From Mobula hypostoma (Eukaryota): DNA of 64,000 nucleotides. The stretch lies in assembly GCF_963921235.1 (NCBI RefSeq), contig NC_086107.1, positions 94,862,001-94,926,000 on the forward strand. Reading direction: 5' to 3'. Both the position numbers and the translations under genes were made by a program. Shown one piece after another: positions 1-11,765 of the stretch (positions within the stretch are counted from its first letter, which is position 1; every line of letters begins with the position of its first letter). The notes beneath the pieces are model-generated. The model saw nothing but the letters and a program-made list of their open reading frames with translations. It ran no database searches and was not told where the DNA came from.

Positions 1-1157
1 TTCAGTCTCTCCCCCCCGTTCACCGATCACAGTTCAGTCTCTGTCCCCCCCCCGTTCACCGATCACAGTTCAGTCTCTCCCCCCCGTTCACCGATCACAG
101 TTCAGTCTCTCCCCCCCGTTCACCGATCACAGTTCAGTCTCCCCCCCCGTTCACCGATCACAGTTCAGTCTCTCCCCCCCGTTCACCGATCACAGTTCAG
201 TCTCTCCCCCCGTTCACCGATCACAGTTCAGTCTCTCCCCCCGTTCACCGATCACAGTTCAGTCTCTCCCCCCTGTTCACCGATCACAGTTCAGTCTCTC
301 CCCCCGTTCACCGATCACAGTTCAGTCTCTCCCCCCCGTTCACCGATCACAGTTCAGTCTCTGTCCCCCCCGTTCACCGATCACAGTTCAGTCTCTCCCC
401 CCTGTTCACCGATCACAGTTCAGTCTCTCCCCCCCCCGTTCACCGATCACAGTTCAGTCTCCCCCCCGTTCACCGATCACAGTTCAGTCTCTCCCCCCCG
501 TTCACCGATCACAGTTCAGTCTCCCCCCCCGTTCACCGATCACAGTTCAGTCTCCCCCCCCGTTCACCGATCACAGTTCAGTCTCTCCCCCCGTTCACCG
601 ATCACAGTTCAGTCTCCCCCCCGTTCACCGATCACAGTTCAGTCTCCCCCCCCGTTCACCGATCACAGTTCAGTCTCCCCCCCGTTCACCGATCACAGTT
701 CAGTCTCCCCCCCGTTCACCGATCACAGTTCAGTCTCCCCCCCCGTTCACCGATCACAGTTCAGTCTCCCCCCCCCGTTCACCGATCACAGTTCAGTCTC
801 TCCCCCCCGTTCACCGATCACAGTTCAGTCTCTCCCCCCCCGTTCACCGATCACAGTTCAGTCTCTCCCCCCGTTCACCGATCACAGTTCAGTCTCCCCC
901 CCCCGTTCACCGATCACAGTTCAGTCTCCCCCCCGTTCACCGATCACAGTTCAGTCTCTCCCCCCCGTTCACCGATCACAGTTCAGTCTCTCCCCCCCGT
1001 TCACCGATCACAGTTCAGTCTCTCCCCCCGTTCACCGATCACAGTTCAGTCTCTCCCCCCCCGTTCACCGATCACAGTTCAGTCTCTCCCCCCCTGTTCA
1101 CCGATCACAGTTCAGTCTCTCCCCCCCCCCCGTTCACCGATCACAGGTCAGTCTCCA
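1..1157. repeat. Minisatellite, ~29-35 bp unit GTTCACCGATCACAGTTCAGTCT(CT)(C)n, running off the window start
   Basis: Directly visible head-to-tail copies that differ almost only in poly-C length and CT count; degenerate copies continue to ~1245. Confidence 0.98.
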
Positions 1158-1429
1158 ATCTGCTCACTGATCACAGTGCCATCTCCCCCCACCACCCCCT
1201 CATTCACCAAGCACTCTCTCCGCTGTTCACTGCTCACAATGCCATCTTCTCTGCATTTCTGGGACCTGTTGCTTTAATTTGCCATCCTTCTCTCCCCTCT
1301 CTGTCTGTGGTATCCTCAACTATCCATTTCGTCTCTCACTTTCACTCCCTCTAATGTACCCATCAGTCAGATAACTCCACAAATTAACCGTACAACAACC
1401 TGTCCTCACCATCAGAGATACCACTTTTA

Positions 1430-1950
1430 AAGGTCAAGGGTCAAAGTAAATTAATTAATAAAGTATGCGTATCATATACAACTTAGAGATTATTTTTTTC
1501 AGGCACCCACAGGAAAACAACGAGTAGAATAGAAATCACGAGAAACCATACTTAACAGAGGCCGACAATCAACCATCGTATAAATAATAAAACGTAAGTA
1601 AGTATTTCTGGGAATGTTAACTGCAGAGTCCCCAAAACTGTGTCCACAGCTACAAGAGTGAGTTCAGTGCTCCTGCTCCTGACCTCGGCGGCGTGAGACC
1701 CAACGCTCCTGCCCAATGGTTAGCGAGGGGACCGGACAAATGCAGGCCCAGGTGGGGGGGGAGGGGGGGGATCTCGACTGGCATGGATAGCGAACACCAG
1801 TTCATTATCCGCTCTCCGGCCTCCACGCTTTAATCTGGCTTGATGCCCGGCCCAGCCTCCCTTCACTAATGATGGCCGCACTTTATCCACTTCCCGAGAG
1901 TCAAGTTCGCTGAGTACTTCAGGAGACTGTAAAAAAAATCACAAGTTCAC
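1430..1950 (-). mobile_element. Decayed 3' tail of a LINE-related (Rex1/L2-type) repeat
   Basis: Starts with tcaaagtaaattaattaataaagta...tacaacttagagatt, a motif that recurs at ~35890 and ~37175. Confidence 0.45.
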
Positions 1951-1959
1951 TTAATTACT

Positions 1960-2335
1960 GCCTGTTATGTCACTGGTATTTAGGGCAGCAATGAAGGTCC
2001 TCCATCTCGGTCTGTCCTTGGCCGTCTTCTCTTTTGTGCCCCAGGAGTGGTTCACCTCATTTCTGCCTCTACAGTTCGACGCCCAGCTGTCTTCGGTGTC
2101 CTGCATTTCCTCCGTCCTTCAGGGGTCCAACGAAGTGATGGAGTTGGCCTCTCCTCTCATCTCGTGCCCAGTCCATCTCCAATGTTTCCTCATGATTGTG
2201 GCCATGTCCTCTTGATGACACTGAAGGAGTATGGTGTGGTTGGAGATCTTTCTTGGCCAGAAAGTACGGAGCATCTTCCGGAGGCTCATGGTGTGGAAGG
2301 ACAACAAGCCTGGCAAGTTTGCTCTCTGTCAAGCG
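1960..2335 (-). mobile_element. RTE-clade LINE 3' fragment (decayed)
   Basis: Minus-strand translation LRKMLRTFWPRKISN..ILLQCHQEDM..IMRKHWRWTGH resembles the RTE ORF C-terminus; the gcaatgaaggtcct motif recurs at ~2958. Confidence 0.65.
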
Positions 2336-2924
2336 CCAGCATTCTGACCCGTAGTTCGTTTGTAGGGTTCAAAAATCCGCTTCTTAAAGGGAAATTACAG
2401 GCTGCAGATTGCAGTGATTGTCACTTCAAAACCATTATCTAAAAGAATATCTAGTAGCTTTGTGGGCTGCCCGCTAAACGTCGCCGTATATTGCCAGCAG
2501 AATCTTGGAACTTTTCTTTTCTACCCCGCCCCTCCACTTTCACCTCATCACCAGTTCTGACAAAGGGTCTTTGGCTTGAAACTCCCCTCACCCCTCCACA
2601 AGCACTGCCTGACCTGCCGAGACTTCCCAGCATTTTCCGTTTGTATCTCGGGTTTCCAGCATCCGCAGCACTGTTTGATCACGAGACTCTGCCTTGCAAC
2701 TGTGTGCCAAATTCACACCTCGCACAACACAACAAAAGCCACGTTAAAAACAAGCAGAAAGTCAATCGTCAGCAAATTTCCCTGACTGGTGATAGCACGC
2801 TGTGAGAGCAATAGATTATGGTTTAAAATCAGTGGCATATGTCGTAAACTTTGTTGGTATGCAGCAGCAATACATTGCAAAACTTAAGAATAAATACTGT
2901 AAATTACAGTAAGTGCCTGCATAT

Positions 2925-3340
2925 CTCTCTGCTGTTCGTAACACTACTGGCAGAGCAGCAATGAAGGTCCTTCATATCTGGCAGTGTTCAGGGCTCCCTT
3001 CACCACATCAGTAGTTTGGTTTTCACTACTGTCAGTCATGCAGTTCCCAGGTGGAGACTCAGGAATACCATCGCACTCAGATGTAGAAGGATTCTTCATT
3101 GCTGTTTCCATAACAATTTTGTTTTACCAGTCAGGGTTGTTACCGAGCTGAATCCCCCCCAAAACCTGGAGGATTGGTGGACTGCTCTTCGTCTGGCCTC
3201 TACCCTTAGACCTGTTTGGCATGGGTGACCCTGCCAAAGAGCCAGGGCACTTGGTACGACTTCATCCGACGTAGCTCACTGGGTCATTGAGGTATGCAAG
3301 CCTCCAAAACACAACAACATTGTGGTCCTCTTGGAAGAAG
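2925..3340 (-). mobile_element. RTE-related non-autonomous repeat/SINE
   Basis: Shares the agcaatgaaggtcct end motif with the RTE fragment at 1960-2335; no ORF. Confidence 0.4.
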
Positions 3341-3344
3341 TGAG

Positions 3345-3680
3345 TGTGCTTTTTTTTAAAATTTAAATTAAATAAATAGTGCAAGGAGAGAGAAAAAAAT
3401 ACTGAGGTAGTGTTCAGTGTTCATTCAGAAATCAGATGGCAGAGTGGAACAAGCTGTTCCTGAATCGTTGAGTGTGTGCCTTCAGGCTCCTGTACTTCCT
3501 CCCTGATGGTAGCAATGAGAAGAGGGCGTGTGCTAAGTTAATGATGGACGCCGGCTTTCTAAGGCATTGCTCCTTGAAGACGTCCTGGTCGCTGGGAGGC
3601 TACTGACTGATTTTGTAACTTTTCACGGCTTATTTTGATCCTGTGCAGTGGCCCCAACCCCGATACCACACAGTGTTGCA
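3345..3680 (-). mobile_element. Rex1/Babar-type LINE 3' fragment
   Basis: cagaaatcagatggcagag...ctgttcctgaatcgttgagtgtgtgccttcaggctcctgtac is shared with the copies at 30120-30640 and 63700-64000. Confidence 0.7.
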
Positions 3681-4989
3681 GTTGGGCACGTAACTACCCT
3701 CTACTTAGTGAACATGACGGGTGAAATTATGAGGGGAACTTTCTGTCAGAAGTCGTCTCAGTTCTTTAAATAATGATTGTTTCCTGATAAAAACACTCTT
3801 TAAGAAGGGTATTTGGCTGCTTGCTTTCCAGCCAGATACATGCCTCAACCTGGCACTGTACACATGGTGGCAACTAGAACTGAGAACAAAAGATGAGGTG
3901 TGGACTAACAAGACAATGAGTTTCCTGCAAGACAACGTTAATCACCCCACTTCGCAAATTTTACAAAAATCCACCAGGACCATAAAGTTATCGAGTCATC
4001 GACCAAAGCAGCACATAACACGGGTCCTCCTGCCCATCTGGTTTGCACCAGCCCGGTCTTCTCCTTTGTCCCACCTACCCGCACCGGACTATATCCCTCC
4101 AAACCCCTCCCCATCCATGTGGCCATCTGAATTTTTCCTCAATGTTACAAGCAACTCGCTCCACCCTCTGGAGTGAAGAAGTTCCCCCTCAGATTCCCCT
4201 TCAATATTTCACCTTTCACCCTAAACCTATGACCTCCAGTGCCAGGGGTCTGCCTGAGGGGAGGAATGATAACAGTAGTAATTTGCGTAATACTATTACA
4301 GCGCCTGTAAGGAGATTGTGCGTTCTCCCCACGTCTGCTTGGCCTTCTCCCCATATTCCAAAGACACATGGGTCAGTTGGGTAATTGGTCACATGACTGT
4401 TAATGGGTGGTGTGAGTTCGGTGGGCCAGAAGGGTTTATTACTGTGATGCATCTTTAAAATAAAGATTAAATTTTTTTTTTAAAGTATCGGTGACTCAAT
4501 CTTCACCTGAAAGCCCATCTCAGAATAGGACCTCTCACCCTGCATTTACACAGCACCTCTAAAACACTCCCCAGACCTTCAGCGGGAGTGCATGTGAGCC
4601 AGCACGTGCGAAATTTGGGCAGGTGGCCAAAAGCTTGGCTAGAGGAGGTGGATTTCGAGAAGAACAGCAGGCAGAGAAGAAACTCCAGAGACTGGGGGGC
4701 CTCAGGAGCAGCCTGGACTTTGGGTGCTCCATCATCATCACCTGGGTCCATACTGAAGGTCGAGGCTGGGAGGCGGAGCGGAGGTCCATAAGTCAAGGCT
4801 CAATTTTCAGAGCCTGAGTCTGCGAATCTCTGCAGGTCCCCTAGGAAAGTCAGGGCCCTGTGTCTGTGAGTTCACATGGGAGGTGGGAGGCTAAAGAAAA
4901 CTGCTGGGGTTAGAGGGCCGTGTATGTGCATTGATGGGTGGGTGGGAGGGTGGGAGACATGGGGCTTGTTTCGTTGTTGTTGGTACTAG

Positions 4990-5100
4990 CTCTTCTTTCA
5001 GTTAATCCTGACGAAGGGTCTTGGCCCGAAACGTCGACTGTACCTCTTCCTAGAGATGCTGCCTGGCCTGCTGCGTTCACCAGCAACTTTGATGTGTGTG
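4990..5100 (+). mobile_element. Penelope-like element terminal-repeat fragment carrying a hammerhead motif
   Basis: tcctgacgaagggtcttggcccgaaacgtcgactg...gatgctgcctggcctgctgcgttcaccagcaac; same family as the GIY-YIG-bearing copy at 43283-44102. Confidence 0.75.
5004..5040 (+). ncRNA. Minimal type-I hammerhead ribozyme motif (best-preserved core in the window)
   Basis: CTGACGA (5008-5014), extra A, stem II GGG..CCC, GAAA, palindromic ACGT helix III, GTC triplet, then gact; one mismatch in stem I (aatc/gact). Activity not shown. Confidence 0.6.
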
Positions 5101-5504
5101 GCACATTTCACTGTATGTTTCGATGTACTTGTGATAAATAAACCCAAATCTGAAAATCAGGGAGAGAAGGGCCCTCTGCAAACATAACCCAAACTCAGCC
5201 TGGAAATTATATAATTATACTGCAAAGTTTTGCTAAGGCAAAAACGGTCTCACACACTCCGGTACTCTTTACTGAATACTTAACAGAAACACAGACTAAT
5301 GTGACAGAAACACCTCCTGTTTCACATCCCAGAGCCATTTAAAGGTCCTTAATTTCAATAAATGATCTTCACCTGTTAGCATAACGACAGCCCACAATGC
5401 CATTCAAAAGTAGGTCACAAATCTCAACTGCGTCTGGCCGATTTCGCACAGGCCAGCTGTTGCGACCGTACGATTACCAGCCGCACATCTGGGCTTCAGT
5501 GGGG

Positions 5505-5672
5505 GGAGGGATGGTGGGGAGGAATGGGGAAAGGCTCTCACAGTCGGGGGAGGGGGAGAAGATGGTAGGGATGAATGGGAAAGGCTCTCACAGTCGGGGG
5601 GCGGGGGTGAGGAATGGGAAAGGCTCTCACAGTCGGGGGGCGGGGGTGAGGAATGGGAAAGGCTCTCACAGC
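5505..5672. repeat. Short G-rich tandem repeat, 4 copies of gaatgggaaaggctctcacag(tcggggg..)
   Basis: Directly visible. Confidence 0.9.
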
Positions 5673-5729
5673 CAGTCGGCTGCAGTGACAGGGTCCCGGC
5701 CCTCAGCCTCCGACCATCGACAACAGGGC

Positions 5730-6020
5730 GGCACCGGACAGTAGCATCAAGCTCAGTGGCTTTACTGTGCCAGCGATCTCTGGTCAGAGGTTCAAGTCCC
5801 GCCACTGTCTGTAAGGAGCTTCCATGTTCTCCCATTTCCACTGGGTACCCTCGCATTCCAGTAACATACAGGTTAAGGTTAGTGAATTGTGGGCATGCTA
5901 CATTGGCGCTGGAATCGCGGCAATGCGGTCTGCTCAGAACCTTACTTGCCAATTTGACTTGATGCAAGATGATGCATTTCACTGTACGTTTCAATCTACA
6001 CACAACCAATAAAGCTGAGA
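5730..6020 (+). mobile_element. tRNA-derived V-SINE (HE1-like), decayed
   Basis: B-box-like ggttcaagtcc followed by ctgtctgtaaggag..gttctccc; matches other copies in the window. Confidence 0.6.
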
Positions 6021-6299
6021 TACTTAAATAGAAAGAAATCTTTCTTCTAAATTCCCAGAGGCCTCCTGCCATCCCTGTTCAGTGAACACCCGATGGGATG
6101 GGTGGGTGCCCGCTGGCCAGTGCAGACTTGATGGGCCGAACAGCCTGTTTCCCTGCTGTAAGACTCCGGGAGAATGGTGAGGACTGAGAAATAAGTCAGG
6201 GCCACGGGTCCAGTCGCTGCATTGTTTCTGCCCATTGATCACCAAGGGATGAAATGGCAGATTCCTCCATCAGGGCGACTTGTGAATGATAACTTCAAA

Positions 6300-6720
6300 C
6301 TTCTCTCTCCACCCTGTGCTGTCCCTACGTCAGGAACTTTTAATGGAACAATGCAAAGGGAGCTTTCGACTGTATCTAACCTTCACTGTCCCTATCCCGG
6401 GGGTGGGGTCGGGGGGGTGATGGGACAATGTTGAGGGAGCTTTGCTCAGTATCCAATCTTCATGTCCCTATCCCGGGAATGTTTGATGGGCCAATGTAGA
6501 GAGAGATTTGGTCTGCATCCAGTCTTCCTTAGGAACATTTGATAAGGCAATGTAAGACACTGGCACTGCATCTAACCCATGCCATCCCTGACCCAGGTGT
6601 GATTAGAGTGACCAGACAGCGCAGAGGGAACTTTATATCTAGCATTCACTGTCCCTGCCTTGGGAATGTTTGAAGGGCCAGTAATGAGGGGCTTATTTTG
6701 TATCCAACCACTGCGCGGTA
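6300..6720. repeat. Degenerate ~66-bp tandem repeat (ctgtccct..cctgggaatgtttgatgggacaatgtagagggagcttt..ctgtatctaacc)
   Basis: About six diverged units visible; single units recur near 38440 and 46930-47020. Confidence 0.75.
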
Positions 6721-7619
6721 TCTTTGACATAACTGTCAACTATGCACTGATGTTTTTGTGGAGTTCCCTTTAAATTCCTTTCCTAATTGTCGGCTCCCAC
6801 TGGGATTTTTACAGTTTCACTGTCTGCCAACAAGGCCGTTTGGGATGGACACAGGACCCAGACTGACACCAGTAGGCCTCAGGCAGAGAACATCAGCCTT
6901 TGTGATAGGGTCCACTTTTCACGAGTCACGCCAAACCATTCTCAGAACGTGACCTCTCACCCTCCATTAATGCAGCACCGCCTCCAAGGCCACGGCGCGG
7001 CTCTACACGAGCCTAATAGTGTAAAATTTGAGCAGGTGTTCAACATGGACCTCCACGGTACCACGCAGAGGATGGCTGGGTCAAACTCAGACGCAGGGTT
7101 TGGATAGATGGAGGACAACAGAGCCATCTTGGCCCAGGGGATCGGTAGGTAAGTAGACTATCTGCTCGGGCCCAGCACACACGCATACACACATGTACAA
7201 AGGGTCAGGTGAAGGGCCTGGAGTTCAGAGTTCAGGACAGAGCACTCTGAGGTCAGCAAGCCCCGAGGATGGAGGTCCAAGATTCGTTGTCTGCGGGGTC
7301 CCAAGAACGAGGGCCGCTGAGTCCCGGGACCGGAGGCCCACGATCAGCAAGTGCTGAGGACGAAGCCCAGAGGTCAGACAGTCCAGAGGTTGAAAGCGAA
7401 GGTCGGAGCCTCTTGGTCGGTGGGTCCGGAGGTGAGGCCTGGTATCTGTGAATACGGGTTGGGGGGGGGGGCACTGTCTGAAGCACAGAGGCCTATAGGT
7501 GGTCTGTCCAGGGTCTGGAGGCCTGTCTATGAGCAGGTGGGAAGGGGATATGTTCTGCCATCGTTGTTGGCTCTATGTTGCTCTGTTGAATATTGAACGC
7601 TGCTGAAAGTCAGTGTAAA

Positions 7620-8390
7620 TCAGAAATAACATCGCCTGGCAGACAATCAACACTGGTACATCTCAGGGATGCGTGCCTATCCCACCGCTCTACTCTCTCC
7701 ACACTCACGATTGCGTGGCTAGGCACAGTTTGAACACTATCTATGTACACCACTAGTTGTCGGCAGAATTTCAAATGGTGACGAGGAGCCGTACAGGAGT
7801 GAGGTAGATCAGCTGACTGAGTGGTGTCACAGCAACAACCTGGCACTCAACATCAGTAAGACCGAGGATCAGATTGTGGACTTCAGGAAAGGGAAGCTGA
7901 GGGATCACAAGTGGAAAGGGTGAGCAGTTTCAAGGTCCTAGTTAACATCTCTGAAGATCAATCCTGAGCCCAACACATTGATGCAATTACAAAGAAGGCA
8001 CGACTGCAGCTATGTTTCATTCGGAGTTTGAGGAAACTTGAAATGTCACCAAAGACACTCGAATTTCTACAGATGCCCTGTGGAGAGCATTCTAACTGGT
8101 TGTATCACGGTCTGGTATGGAGGGGCCACTGCTCAGGATCGGAGAAAGTTGCAAACTGAGCCAACTCCATCAAGGGCACTAGCCTCCCCAGCACCGAAGA
8201 CATCTTGAAAAGGCGATGTCTCAAGAACAGAAAGCAACGTCCGTCATTAAGGACCCCGCTGCCCGGGACATACCCTCTTCTCATTGCTACCATCAGGGAG
8301 GAGGTACGGGAGTCGGAAGACACACACTCAGGAACAGCTTGTTATTCACTGCCATTCGATTGCTGAATGACAACGAACCTATGAACTACC
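7620..8390 (+). mobile_element. Rex1/Babar-type LINE fragment (RT 3' half, decayed)
   Basis: Remnants of WC..NNLALN.SKT..IVDFRK, F.R..VESILTGC and KDP.HP motifs with frameshifts. Confidence 0.75.
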
Positions 8391-8889
8391 TCTGTCACAC
8401 ACAAGAGAAAATCTGCAGATGCTGGAAATCCGAGCAACACACACAAAATGCTGGAGGAACTCAGCAGGCCAGGCAGTATCTATTGAAAGCACAGTCAACT
8501 TTTCAGGCTGAAACTCTTCAACAGGACTAATACGTCAGTAATTTTTTCTCTACTTGTTTAATTATATATATTTCTTATTGTAACTTATAGTTTTTTAATG
8601 TATTGCATCGTACTGCTGCTACAGAACAATAAATTTCACAAGGTACACCAGAGATTCTGATGTGTTGGCACTGGGATGTGTGGTGACACTTGCGGGCTTG
8701 CCCCCAACACATCCTCAGATAGTATTGGTTGTTAAAGCATTTCACCGTCTGTTTCAGTGTGCATGCGATTAATAAATAACTCTAAATAAATATAATCTGA
8801 TCTCAGCTCAGTTGGCCACCACTCGGCCCACTGAGCTCATGCTAGCCCTTTGCAATTCTATTCGCCCCACCACCCCTTTGCTGAGAGAA

Positions 8890-9760
8890 CATTGAGCGGT
8901 ACAGCACAGTACAGGCCCTTCAGCCCACGATGTCGTGCTAACTTTTTAACTTTCTCCAAAATCAATCTAACCCTTCTTTCCCCCATAGCTTTCCATGTTT
9001 CTATCACCCATTTGCCGATCTAACTGTCCCTAATGCATCTGACTCTACCACCACCCTTGGGAGGGGGTTCCTTGCACCCACCACTCTGTGTAAAAGGCCT
9101 ACCTCTGACATTCCCCCCCATACCTTAACCCAATCACCTTGAAGTTATGCCCCCTTATATCAGCCCTGGGAAAAGTCCCTGGCTGTCCACGCTATCTATG
9201 CCCCTTATTATCCTGTACACCTCTATCACGTCACCTCTCATCCGCCTTTGCTCCAAAGAGAAAAGCCCTAGCTCACTCAGCCTACCCTCATTGGTCTCCA
9301 ATGCAGGCAGCATCCTGGTAAATCTCCTCTGCACCCTCTCTAAAGCTTCCACACCCTTCCTATAATGAGGCGACCAGAACTGAACACAATACTCCAAGTG
9401 TGGTCCAACCAGGGCATTACAAACTTCAACGTTACCTCACAAACCTTAAACTCGACACCCCGACTAACGAAGGTCAACGGACCATACGCCTTCTTAACAA
9501 CCCTCTCAAGCTGCGCAGCAACTTTAAGAGATTTATGGGCATGGAGTCCAAGATCCCTGTCATTGCACGTTGCTGAGAATTTCGCCTTTGACCCTGAATG
9601 CTGTCTTCATGTTTGATCCCCCGAAGTGAATCGCTTCACACTTTTCCAGGTTGACCTCCATCTTTCCACTTCTGTGCCCAAGCTCGGCAGGCCATCAACA
9701 TCCCACTGTAACCTACGACAACCTTCTACGCTAACTACATCACTACCAACCTTCACGTCA
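8890..9760 (-). mobile_element. CR1 LINE 3' fragment
   Basis: Minus ORF EYCVQFWSPHYRKGVEALERVQRRFTRMLP...RRMRGD is the CR1 ORF2 C-terminal signature. Confidence 0.9.
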
Positions 9761-10190
9761 GCAACACGCACACAACGCTGGAGGGACTCAGCAGCCAATG
9801 GCAGCATCTATGGAAAACAGTAACCAGTCGACATTCCGCTCCGAGACCCTTCATCAGGACCCCGAAAGGATGCCTAACCTTTGCTCCACCTTCGTGTTAT
9901 CTGTATTTGTCCAATGTCCCTTTTGAATGATGGGAGCTCAACAGATTTCCGCATGCCCTCTCAGGCGTACAGTTCCGTACCACGTGCAGGGGTACACAGC
10001 CTCTCACTGGAGACCGTCCTGGCTTGAAGAGAAAGCAAGATGGGAACCGGCAAGGAAACAGACATTTAGGAACAAATCCTCTCCATCGACACAACCAACA
10101 CCGCCCTCTTCAGCACCTCCTCTCTAGATGGAAGGCTGGAAACAGACCATTCAGCCCACAGAGGCCCTGTTTGTCAGCAGGCACACACTA

Positions 10191-10942
10191 AAGGTTGATT
10201 TATACTTGTGCGTACTAGTTTACGCCGTAGCCTACACAAGTGGGCTACGCCGTTGTGAGCATTTATACTTGTGCGTTGGTGTGTCAGTGTCGCTCTGCAA
10301 TTCACCGCCAAAACGCTAGTTGGCAGTGGGGCTTCTACGCCACTGTGTTGAGTTTCTTCGCGTTGAAACTCAAACACGAAGAAACTTGAACTTCAAACAA
10401 TGGCGACTGAAACTGAAGGGGGGTGAATTTTCCGTATGTACAGTGTCGTGTCACTTAACAGAATCGGGAATTTTGAGCCAAAGTCGATTTGTCGAAAAAA
10501 AAATCGGCACGTACATGTATGCACACACACCTGCCCGTGCAAGGCTTCATGGTCATGGTAGTCTTTCTCAGGGTAAACAAATTTAAAGCGAGCATCTTTT
10601 TCCGTAAAAGCGAAAATCCTCTTTCGGATAACGAAAACAGGTACTAATGTAGGTCTTTCGTCAAAGCAAAATGTGGCCTCCATAATTTCGGAGGTCTGTA
10701 AAGCTTTATGGAAAGCATTGCAGCCAGAGTTCCTTCCCTGCCCTTCAGTCGCCCAATGGGAAGCTATTGCAGTGTAGGAGGAAATGCGATGCTACCAAGC
10801 AGACCAATCACAGTTGTCTCGGTCTGCGTTGCCGCGACGCGTAGTTACATTTTGGGAGAGGTGCACGTTAGGCTACAGCGTAGGGTTTGCGGCTATGCCA
10901 TACCTACGGCATTGATTTAACGCACAAGTATAAATCAGCCTT
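10191..10942. mobile_element. Non-autonomous DNA transposon (MITE) with 23-bp TIRs
   Basis: TIR aaggttgatttatacttgtgcgt (10191-10213) vs 10920-10942, 1 mismatch; TA at 10189-90 and 10943-44; CpG-rich interior; internal TIR copy at 10261-10276. Confidence 0.9.
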
Positions 10943-11466
10943 TACACTGATCCCACTTTATTCCACCTCACGTTCCCATCAACTCATACCCACCCCCCAC
11001 AGATTCTGTCACGAATCAACCCACCACAACCAGTTGACAGAGATGTTTAACCCACCAATCCACACACGTTTGGGACACAGGAGGAAGCCCCACTCGATCA
11101 CAGGGAGGACCTGCGAACTCCACATGGACAGCCCCCTGGGTCAGGACCCAACCTGGGCCTCAGGAGCAGGGAGGCACGTAGCCGAGCTAACTGTAGCGGG
11201 GCAACAACACAGGGCTCAGAAAACCCGGACCAGCGGGACAGCATTCTGAAAGCCGCAGCTGGCCATTCGGCCCCTCGAGATGAGCTCGGCTTTCTACACA
11301 ACCCTCCACGACCATGCTCCCTTTCCGCCTCTGATTCCCAGCCCTGACAACCGTTGCCTGGGTTTATGGAAGAAAGTTAACAGGCCCTTCGGCCCAACAC
11401 ATCCATGCTGACCAAAGTGTTACCTGAGCAGTCCCACATGCCAGATTGGGTCATATCCCTCCAAAC

Positions 11467-11547
11467 CAGGGGGTCCCAACCTTTTCTGATGCCACGGACC
11501 AGGATCATTAAGCAAGGGATTCGTGAACCCCAGGGTGGAAGCCCCTG
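11467..11547. mobile_element. Tiny hAT-type MITE
   Basis: Ends CAGGGG...CCCCTG, flanked by 8-bp ctccaaac/ctataaac (decayed TSD); related copy at 60452-60517. Confidence 0.7.
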
Positions 11548-11765
11548 CTATAAACCTTTCCCTTCCAAGTCTATAGATGCTGGAATCCAGGGCAACACAC
11601 ACAGAAAGTCTAGATGAGGGTCTCAACCCAGAATTTTGACTATCCCTGCACCAATCCGGTTCCTCGGGCATCGCCTGTGACTCTTTCCCGTCCCGTGTAC
11701 CTGACAAGATATATCTTAAACCCTGTAACTGCACCCACTTCAACCACTTCCTCTGGCAGCTTGTT

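Noticed and set aside
1..1157. CRISPR-like regular repeats (also 13908-14990)
   Set aside because: No unique spacers, no cas genes, and a vertebrate context; these are simple tandem arrays.
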